Part shown: positions 29,591-36,186 of the stretch, piece by piece
Numbering within the stretch: position 1 is the first letter of the stretch
How the letters are laid out: every line of letters starts with the position of its first letter
Assembly: GCA_044229975.1 (NCBI GenBank)
Contig: JBGARZ010000001.1
Coordinates: 416,001 to 480,000 of the forward strand
Length of the DNA stretch: 64,000 bases
Direction of reading: 5' to 3'
From: Polyangiales bacterium
Lineage (GTDB): Bacteria > Myxococcota_A > Polyangia > Polyangiales > Ga0077539
Made by a program: the position numbers and the translations under genes
The notes under the pieces: generated by a model
Told to the model about the DNA's origin: nothing
Database searches by the model: none
Seen by the model: the letters and a program-made list of their open reading frames with translations, nothing else

Positions 29591-30790
29591 TCACACTTCG
29601 TCGAAGGTGCGTCGCGCGGCGACCCGATCGAGGATGCGATCGGCGACCTCGACCTTCGACAATCGCGGCAGCGCCTCGACCTCCGACGCGGTCACCAACG
29701 TGACAAGGTTGTCCTCCCCTTCGAAGCCATCGACCGCGAGGTTGGCCACCACGAGGTCACAGCCCTTGCGCTTGAGCTTGTCGCGGGCGCGCTCGACGAG
29801 CTCGCTGGTCTCGAGCGCGAAGCCCACCAGCATCGGGCCGTCGGGCGCGCGATGGGCGCCGAGCTCGGCGAGGATGTCGGGGTTCTTCACGAGGCGCACC
29901 GTGAGCTCGTCGGCGGACTTCTTGATCTTCTCCCCGGCGACGTCGGCGGGGCGGTAATCGGCGACGGCCGCGGCCATCACCACGGCGTCCGCTCCGACGC
30001 TCGCAGTCATCACCGCGTCGCGCATCTCCCTCGCACTTCGCACGGCCACCACGGTCACACCTCCCGGCGGCGTGAGAGCGCTCGGACCGCTCACCAGCAC
30101 CACGCTCGCACCACGGGCGCGCGCCCGCGCGGCGAGGGCGTAGCCCATGCGACCCGACGACCGGTTGCCGACGAAGCGCACCGGATCGATGGCTTCGTGG
30201 GTGCCGCCCGCGCTGACGACGACACGACGCCCGGCGAGGTCTTGCGGCGTGAGCGCGCGCGCGGCAGCCAGTGCGATGTCCTCGGGCTCGACCATGCGAC
30301 CGATGCCGCTCTCGCCGCTCGCGAGCGGGCCCACCGCGGGCCCCGCGAAGACGACACCACGCGCCGCGAGGAGGGCGACGTTGGCGTGCGTGGCGGGGTG
30401 TTCCCACATGCGCGGGTGCATCGCGGGGGCGACCACGACGGGGCCGCGCGCGGCGAGCAGGCAGGTGGTGGCGAGGTCGTCGGCGAGGCCGTGGACCATG
30501 CGCGCGAGGAGGTCGGCGGTGGCGGGCGCGACCACGACGAGGTCGGCCTTCGCCGTGAGCGCGATGTGCAGCTCGCCCGGGTACGACGGGTCCCAGAGGT
30601 CGACGCGCGCGGCGCGGCCCGTGATGCCCGCAAAGGTCACGCCCGAGATGAAGCGCTGCCCCGCGTGGGTGAGCACCGTCTCCACCGAGGCGCCCGCGCG
30701 CTGGAGTTCTCTCGCGACGAGGGCCGACTTGAAGGCCGCGATGCCGCCGCCGACGACGAGCAGCACCTCGCGACCGGTGAGCGCGCTCAT
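29591..30790 (-). CDS. coaBC: Phosphopantothenoylcysteine decarboxylase/ligase CoaBC
   Basis: GGIAAFK, APATAD, PAMHPRMW, DPVRFVGNRSSGRMG, AAVADY, GFALET. Confidence 0.96.
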   Translation of the reverse strand: MSALTGREVLLVVGGGIAAFKSALVARELQRAGASVETVLTHAGQRFISGVTFAGITGRAARVDLWDPSYPGELHIALTAKADLVVVAPATADLLARMVHGLADDLATTCLLAARGPVVVAPAMHPRMWEHPATHANVALLAARGVVFAGPAVGPLASGESGIGRMVEPEDIALAAARALTPQDLAGRRVVVSAGGTHEAIDPVRFVGNRSSGRMGYALAARARARGASVVLVSGPSALTPPGGVTVVAVRSAREMRDAVMTASVGADAVVMAAAVADYRPADVAGEKIKKSADELTVRLVKNPDILAELGAHRAPDGPMLVGFALETSELVERARDKLKRKGCDLVVANLAVDGFEGEDNLVTLVTASEVEALPRLSKVEVADRILDRVAARRTFDEV

Positions 30791-32391
30791 CGGGGTCGCG
30801 CCGCGGGGCGAGCCGGGGCCACTGCGCACCGAGCGCCGCCGCAGCCGGGCTGCACCACGCGACCGGCGGCACCAGCGGCGGACATGGCTTGCGCCGTGAC
30901 GGGCGGGAGCGCGCGGGTGAGGCCCTGGCGAACCATCCAGCCGGTGGTTCCGCAGAAGCCGGGGCGGCGAACCTCCTGGATGTCGTCGCTCTCCACGGGC
31001 TGCGTGAGCGCGAGGTACTGGTCGGCGGTGTACTCGGGGTGGTCGTCCTGGCGCGGGGCCGTGGCGCTGAGGGCCGCGCCGGTGCCGACGTGCCACACCT
31101 GCACCGTCGGGGGATACGCGTCCTGCCAGCGCTCGCGGATGGCCTGGTCGCCCTCGCGCACGATGCGGTAGCGCGTCACGCGGAAGCCCGGAATACCCCG
31201 CTGCGTAAGAACGCGGGTGCCGATGGGGAGGCTCGCGTCGGGCACCTCGCGCTCTTCGAAGCGGTCGACGCGCGGCATGATCTTGCGCACGAAGGTGACC
31301 GAGCGGGCGCGGCGGGCGCCGAGGAGCTCGATGCGCGCGAGGCCGTTGTTGAGCCGCGTGTGGATGACCACCGGGAAGGGCAGCGTGTTGCGCAGGCGCA
31401 GGTTGATGGACGGGTACACGACGGTCGCGTCGAGGCCCATCTTGATGTAGCCGCTGGGGCGCGAGTGGGGCGTGCGGTCGAGCACCTCCATCCCCGCGAA
31501 GAACGACGCGGCGTGCAGGCTGCCGGCGATCTGGCAGACGCCGCCGCCGACGCCGTCGATGAGCTCTCCCGCCGAGATGACGGTGGCCATGCGGAAGCCG
31601 TTGGCCTCGGAGCGGTCGCCCACGATGCCGTTGAAGTCGAGCACGGCGCCGGGCATCCAGACGTAGCCGTTGATGCGGCTCGCCGCGAGGTGGAGGTTGT
31701 ACGTGCGGTCGCGGTGGTCTTCGTTGGCGTTGTAGTTGGTCTGAAACCAGCCGACGACGGCGTTCATCTCGACGTCGCGGAGCTGGGCCGAGGTCATCGC
31801 GGGGTTGGTGTGTTCGAGCACGGCGTCGAGGCGGGGCTGCCCGCTGGTGAAGGCCGCGTCGAGCTGCGCGAGGGTGCCGAAGACGTCGAGGAAGGTTCCG
31901 CGCCGCTCGGGGATGACGCGGCGTTGCTCGACGTCGATGCGGGCGTCGACGGGCAGGTGGTCGACCTCCTCCTTCAACTGCGCGAGCAGCGGGAGCGCCA
32001 CGGCGCCTTCGAGGCGCACCGGGAGCGGGAGTTCGATCGGCCCGTGCGCGAGGGCGGCGTGGTGACGGACGAGCGCGCTCGACGGGTCGGCCGCGGCGCG
32101 CAGGAGGTGTTCGAGGAGGTGCACGTCGACGCGGGCGCCGAGGGACTCGCGGGTGCGTTCGAGGGAGTGGTCCTCGGCCACGACGGTGACGCGCTCGCGG
32201 AGGAAGGCGCGGGCGAGCGAGAGGGCCTGCGCGTGCGGGTCGTGGCTCAGCGTGACGGGCCGCCCGCGAACGCGCACCCGCGGGACACCCGCCGCCTGCG
32301 GCGCGCGCTCGGGGAGCAGGAGGTAGCCGATGCCGCCGCCCATGAGGGCGAAGGCGAGGGACAGCGCAACCAGTCGCAGCCAGCGGGTCAT
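30787..32391 (-). CDS. VanW-family membrane-anchored protein
   Basis: N-terminal TM; RTYNLHLAASRING, GVGGGVCQI, RTPHS, GLDATV. Confidence 0.88.
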   Translation of the reverse strand: MTRWLRLVALSLAFALMGGGIGYLLLPERAPQAAGVPRVRVRGRPVTLSHDPHAQALSLARAFLRERVTVVAEDHSLERTRESLGARVDVHLLEHLLRAAADPSSALVRHHAALAHGPIELPLPVRLEGAVALPLLAQLKEEVDHLPVDARIDVEQRRVIPERRGTFLDVFGTLAQLDAAFTSGQPRLDAVLEHTNPAMTSAQLRDVEMNAVVGWFQTNYNANEDHRDRTYNLHLAASRINGYVWMPGAVLDFNGIVGDRSEANGFRMATVISAGELIDGVGGGVCQIAGSLHAASFFAGMEVLDRTPHSRPSGYIKMGLDATVVYPSINLRLRNTLPFPVVIHTRLNNGLARIELLGARRARSVTFVRKIMPRVDRFEEREVPDASLPIGTRVLTQRGIPGFRVTRYRIVREGDQAIRERWQDAYPPTVQVWHVGTGAALSATAPRQDDHPEYTADQYLALTQPVESDDIQEVRRPGFCGTTGWMVRQGLTRALPPVTAQAMSAAGAAGRVVQPGCGGARCAVAPARPAARPR

Positions 32392-32509
32392 TGGGAGCTC
32401 CGACCCGGCGGTAGACCGGCGGAGCCAGCGGGTCAACATCCCGGCGCCCTCCCCCCCGGCCGGCGACCCATCGGGACCTCCCGCCCATTGGTGGCAATGG
32501 AGAGTGCGT

Positions 32510-32563
32510 TGAAAAATAATTGATCACCGTGCTTGACGGATATCGGATGTGTCGGTTATCCCT
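32510..32563 (+). promoter_or_regulatory. Putative sigma70 promoter with AT-rich UP-like element for the leader/tRNA operon
   Basis: AAAAATAATT at 32512-32521; TTGACG at 32533-32538; weak -10 (TATCCC near 32557). Confidence 0.5.
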
Positions 32564-32591
32564 TGTGGGCACTCAAGGAAGTGCCTTCGCC

Positions 32592-32720
32592 ATGAACCTC
32601 CTCTTCCTCCACTCCCGCTGCCCTTCACGATCGTCGTCCGGACCGTCATCCAGTCGGTCCAGTCGCTCGTGTTGTTGCGTCGACTGCGGGAGCAGGAGCC
32701 GCGCGCTTTCATCGGGATAA
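32592..32720 (+). CDS. Putative Ser/Cys-rich attenuator leader peptide (42 aa)
   Basis: MNLLFLHSRCPSRSSSGPSSSRSSRSCCCVDCGSRSRALSSG: 15 Ser, 5 Cys; AAGGA upstream; directly precedes a hairpin and Ser/Cys tRNA genes. Confidence 0.8.
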   Translation: MNLLFLHSRCPSRSSSGPSSSRSSRSCCCVDCGSRSRALSSG

Positions 32721-32750
32721 CAAGCCCGCAGCGCGCACGTAGGTCTCGAT

Positions 32751-32793
32751 GAGGCCGGCTCCTCCCCGACGGGAAGGGTCGGCCTCTCTCGTT
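32751..32793 (+). terminator. Attenuator terminator-like hairpin
   Basis: GAGGCCGGCTCCTCCC-CGAC-GGGAAGGGTCGGCCTC (15 of 16 positions pair, including G-U), followed by TCTCGTT. Confidence 0.75.
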
Positions 32794-32896
32794 GGGGTTC
32801 AGGCTCCGCGAACGCCACCGATCGGCGCGGCCTGACGGGGCCGACGCGAGGGCCGCGGTGCGTCCGTTGTCGACAATGATGTGGTCAATGATTCTT

Positions 32897-32969
32897 CACG
32901 CCGCTCACCAGTGTGGAGCACCGGTCTGCAAAACCGGGCGTACGGGGGCAGCACCCGTCGGCGTGTCCA
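32897..32969 (+). tRNA. Atypical tRNA-Cys(GCA)
   Basis: Acceptor CACGCCG/CGGCGTG, U73, encoded CCA; anticodon arm CCGGT-CTGCAAA-ACCGG; T-arm ACGGG-GGCAGCA-CCCGT (non-canonical loop); irregular D-arm. Confidence 0.8.
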
Positions 32970-32987
32970 GTGATGGCTGGAATCTAC

Positions 32988-33073
32988 GGAAGGGCAAGCC
33001 GATTGGTTGACGGCACCTGTCCTGAAAATAGGCGAGCGTGATTGCCTTGGGGGTTCGACTCCCTCCCCTTCCG
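32988..33073 (+). tRNA. Divergent tRNA-Ser(UGA)
   Basis: Acceptor GGAAGGG/CCCTTCC, G73; D-stem GCCG/CGGC; anticodon arm CCTGT-CCTGAAA-ATAGG (C33); long variable region; T-loop TTCGACT. Confidence 0.85.
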
Positions 33074-33137
33074 CCCACTCTTGTTCATTGAAGGAGACGA
33101 CATCATGTGACGGCATCGAGACGAGTGTGATTCCTCT

Positions 33138-33222
33138 GGAAGGGCAAGCCGATTGGCTGACGGCACCGGCTTCGAATACCGGCGAGCGATGAGCCTTGGG
33201 GGTTCGACTCCCCCTCCTTCCG
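33138..33222 (+). tRNA. Divergent tRNA-Ser(CGA)
   Basis: Acceptor GGAAGGG/TCCTTCC, G73; anticodon loop TTCGAAT (CGA at 33173-33175); T-arm GGGGG-TTCGACT-CCCCC. Confidence 0.85.
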
Positions 33223-33245
33223 CCGTTTCTCCGCGTTGTTTCTTT

Positions 33246-33331
33246 GGAGGATAGGGCATCTGGTCTGCCGAGCGGTCTGCTACAGCGTCGCCCGCGGAAG
33301 CGGGTAGTCGGTTCGATTCCGGCATCCTCCG
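33246..33331 (+). tRNA. Divergent tRNA-Ser(GCU)
   Basis: Acceptor GGAGGAT/ATCCTCC, G73; D-stem GGCA/TGCC; loop CTGCTAC; variable arm GCCCGC-GGAA-GCGGGT; T-arm GTCGG-TTCGATT-CCGGC; one G-G mismatch in the anticodon stem. Confidence 0.82.
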
Positions 33332-33350
33332 CTGTTTCCTTTGTATGTTT

Positions 33351-33438
33351 GGAGGCTACGACATCGGGTGTGTCAGACACGTTGGAAGCGTGTGGCTCGT
33401 CGCATGGCGAGCAGTCGGTTCGAGTCCGGCAACCTCCG
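33351..33438 (+). tRNA. Divergent tRNA-Ser(GGA)
   Basis: Acceptor GGAGGCT/AACCTCC (one C-A), G73; D-stem GACA/TGTC; ACACG-TTGGAAG-CGTGT; variable arm GCTCGTC-GCAT-GGCGAGC; T-loop TTCGAGT. Confidence 0.85.
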
Positions 33439-33510
33439 CCCCGCCCATGGAACCCCAGCGGCACGTCGCCGGGTCGCCTCCTCCCACGCGCTCACGAGAG
33501 GCGTCGCCTC

Positions 33511-34830
33511 TCAGCGTCGACGGCTGCTGGCCGGCCCCCGCGGACGCTTCGACGGAGCGGCGACGTAGCGACTGACTGCGGATCGTCGCGGATGCGCGCG
33601 CAGGACGCAGGTGACCCTCGCCTCGTCGGCGTCGAACTCCGGCGGCGGGCTCCCGAGGTCCGCCATGGTGCGGCGCATGGTCGGCACGCCCTGCCCCTCC
33701 CCCTGGGCCAGCTTGAGCTGGAGGAAGAACCACGCGAGCGACTGGTTGCGCCACCGCGGCGACTCGCGCCCCTCGCGCAGCGCCTCCAGCGACACGCCGC
33801 GGAGCAGCGCCCCCGGAGACACCGTCTCGACGCGGTCGACGAAGGCCGTCACGCGCGTCGGGTCATCCAGCTCGTAGTCGCGGTGCACCAGGGCGTTGAT
33901 CGCTGCCTCGTGGAGCGCCCGCCGTGGGTACGTCTCGACGTCCGGCACGTCGACGTCGGTCTTCTCGAAGAGCCGCACCACCTCGGCGTCGAGCAGCGCG
34001 AGGAGGCGACGGGCCTGCTCGACGAGCGCGCCGGTGAGCTCGTGGCGCTCCGCGGTTGATTCGGAGCGATCGACGCCCCGGTAGCGCGAGAAGAAGGTCA
34101 CGGCGCCGGGGAAGAAGCGCGTCGGGTCGCGCCCGAAGAGCAGCACCGCGAAGTTGCGTGGCCGTCGCACACCCGTGAGCGCCTCGGTCACGCACAGCGA
34201 CGGCACGAGCGCGTGCAACCGAACACCGTCACCCAGCAGGTCCTCGACGCCGAGCCCATCGTCGACGCGCCCGATGCGGAGGAGGGTGTCGCGCAACGCC
34301 AGCAGGTCGAGGTCGGCGACCGTCGCCGTCGCGCACGGGCGACGATCCCAGGGCTCCAGCGCCCCCTTCCGCGTCAGCAGCTCGCGCAGCACGCCGTTGC
34401 GCGCCTCTTCCGTGCTCGACCCGCGCCGGACGTGGTGGAGCGTGTTTCCGTCGGCGTGCCGGAACATGTGCGCGTGCGGCGTCGCGGGCTGTACGAACAC
34501 CAGCACCCGGCGGTCATCGGTGTCCGCGGGCAGCTCGTGGACGAGCGGAGTGATCGCCGGGGAGACCCGATCGCGGCAGCGCGTGAGCACCATGCCGACG
34601 ACCTCCTTCAGTCGCGTCGCCGTGAGGCCAACGCGCAGCAGCTTCGGGAAGCCGTGCTCGTCCTTCGTCTCGCTGGCGCCGCACACCACGTAGCCGCCGC
34701 CGAGGTTGGGGAGGTCATTGGCGAAGGCCGAGAGCGTCGCCACCACGCCGTCGGGGCTGGCGACGTTTTCCTTCCACTCGACCTGCTCGCTCTCGCGAGC
34801 TGCCAGCTCCCGCAGATCGATCGCGACCAT
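33511..34830 (-). CDS. Schlafen/AlbA_2-domain protein with HATPase_c_4-like C-terminal domain
   Basis: ESEQVEWKE, SAFAN...GGGYVVCG; YPRRALHEAAINALVHRDY, SPG, RN...GQG. Confidence 0.85.
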   Translation of the reverse strand: MVAIDLRELAARESEQVEWKENVASPDGVVATLSAFANDLPNLGGGYVVCGASETKDEHGFPKLLRVGLTATRLKEVVGMVLTRCRDRVSPAITPLVHELPADTDDRRVLVFVQPATPHAHMFRHADGNTLHHVRRGSSTEEARNGVLRELLTRKGALEPWDRRPCATATVADLDLLALRDTLLRIGRVDDGLGVEDLLGDGVRLHALVPSLCVTEALTGVRRPRNFAVLLFGRDPTRFFPGAVTFFSRYRGVDRSESTAERHELTGALVEQARRLLALLDAEVVRLFEKTDVDVPDVETYPRRALHEAAINALVHRDYELDDPTRVTAFVDRVETVSPGALLRGVSLEALREGRESPRWRNQSLAWFFLQLKLAQGEGQGVPTMRRTMADLGSPPPEFDADEARVTCVLRAHPRRSAVSRYVAAPSKRPRGPASSRRR

Positions 34831-35657
34831 CACGCACCCCGCCCGAGCCGGCGGTGCGCGAGCGACGGCAGCGACGCCCTCACCGACGCCGTGCGCGCCG
34901 GGTCGATGTCCGCCACCACGAAGCCTTCGCCCTCCGCCCGCTCGGCCAGCACCACGCCCCACGGGTCGACGATCATCGCGTGGCCCCACGTCGTGCGCCC
35001 GCCGGGATGCGTCCCCCACTGCGCCGCGGCCAGCACGTGCGACTGCGCCTCGATGGCCCGCGCCCGCAGCAGCAGCTCCCAGTGCGCGCGCCCTGTCGTC
35101 GCCGTGAAGGCCGCGGGCACCGCGAGCACCGTCGCGCCATCGTCCACCAGCGCGCGGTACAGCTCCGGGAAGCGAACGTCGTAACAGACGCTCAGCCCCA
35201 ACCGCCCGACGGGCGAGTCGACGGCCACCACCGTGTTACCCGGTGCCGTATTGCGCGACTCGGTCAGCACCGGCCCGCCGGGCAGGTCGATGTCGAAGAG
35301 GTGGATCTTCCGGTAGCGCGCGACCACCACACCGTCGGCATCGAGCAGCGCCGCGGTGTTGTACGTCCGCGCGTCCTCGGTGCGCGCCTCGGGGACGCCG
35401 CCCCACAGCACCCACGCGCCGGTCTCGCGCGACAGCGCCGCCATCCGCGCGCCGCACGGCCCCGACGGAACCTCTCCCACGACATACCAGCCCGCGACCG
35501 CCCCGCGGCCCTCGTCGGCGCCCATGTAGAGGGCGTTTTCGGGCATCACCACGAGCGACGCGCCCGCCGCCGCGGCCTCGCGACCGAGCGCCTCGGCCGT
35601 CGACACGTTGCGCTCGACGTCCTCGCCCGACGTGAGCTGCACCACCGCGGCCTTCAC
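34830..35657 (-). CDS. Carbon-nitrogen hydrolase (Nit1/deaminated glutathione amidase-like)
   Basis: MPEN, YRKIHLFD, SVCYDVRFPE, PAAFT...GRAHW, RARAIE, WGHAMIVDPWG. Confidence 0.92.
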   Translation of the reverse strand: MKAAVVQLTSGEDVERNVSTAEALGREAAAAGASLVVMPENALYMGADEGRGAVAGWYVVGEVPSGPCGARMAALSRETGAWVLWGGVPEARTEDARTYNTAALLDADGVVVARYRKIHLFDIDLPGGPVLTESRNTAPGNTVVAVDSPVGRLGLSVCYDVRFPELYRALVDDGATVLAVPAAFTATTGRAHWELLLRARAIEAQSHVLAAAQWGTHPGGRTTWGHAMIVDPWGVVLAERAEGEGFVVADIDPARTASVRASLPSLAHRRLGRGA

Positions 35658-36088
35658 CGCCGCGACCCTCCGGCGAAGCTCGTCACGCCCGCCCGCAGCG
35701 CGCGCCGCGTCGGCACCAGCTCGCGGCCCGTGAGCGCCGCCACGATCACCGCCACCCAGGGCTCGTGCAGCCCGCGCACCTGGTAGGTCGCGGCGCCCAC
35801 CTCGACCCGCAGCGAGTTCGCGTCGCACCTGATGCCCGTCACCCCGCGCACCCGCAGCGCCTCCAGCGGCGGCGCCCAGTTGGGCGCGCAGCGCTGCCAC
35901 CACCGCGCGGCCTCGTGCAGCAACACCAGCGGGAGCTCCTCGCGAACGGGCGCCTCCTCGCCGACGGGGATCTCCGGGTGCGTGACGCCGCGGCGCGCGC
36001 GCGGCCGACCCGTGAAGGGCAGCACCGTGAGCGGCGCGAGGCCATCGAGGGCGGCGGAGCGGAGTCGCGCGAGAGGGTCGTCGGTCAC
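35654..36088 (-). CDS. Hypothetical protein
   Basis: Stop overlaps the nitrilase-family start; plausible codon usage. Confidence 0.5.
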   Translation of the reverse strand: MTDDPLARLRSAALDGLAPLTVLPFTGRPRARRGVTHPEIPVGEEAPVREELPLVLLHEAARWWQRCAPNWAPPLEALRVRGVTGIRCDANSLRVEVGAATYQVRGLHEPWVAVIVAALTGRELVPTRRALRAGVTSFAGGSRR

Positions 36089-36186
36089 GCGGTCGACGAT
36101 AGCGCGCGCCTGCGCGGTGGGGTCAACCGCCGTGGACCAGCCTCCCCCCCTCTTGTAGGGTCCGCCCCGCCCTCGAAAGACCTCCC

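Noticed and set aside
30787..32391. Vancomycin-resistance cluster
   Set aside because: Lone VanW-family gene coupled to coaBC; no vanHAX or vanRS
32549..32752. Alternative-frame ORF (TIVVRTVIQSVQSLVLL) as an Ile/Val/Leu leader
   Set aside because: Starts within the putative promoter without an SD, and does not match the downstream Ser/Cys tRNAs
32988..33073. Selenocysteine or opal-suppressor tRNA, or 8/4 and 9/3 allo-tRNA
   Set aside because: TGA here is the anticodon (reads UCA, Ser), not UCA; acceptor and T stems fold as canonical 7/5
32792..33575. ORF-track ORFs overlapping the tRNA cluster
   Set aside because: No recognisable protein features; the sequence is explained by five cloverleaves
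32897..35000. Prophage or island integrated at a tRNA
   Set aside because: No integrase or phage genes, and no duplicated tRNA 3' end noticed downstream
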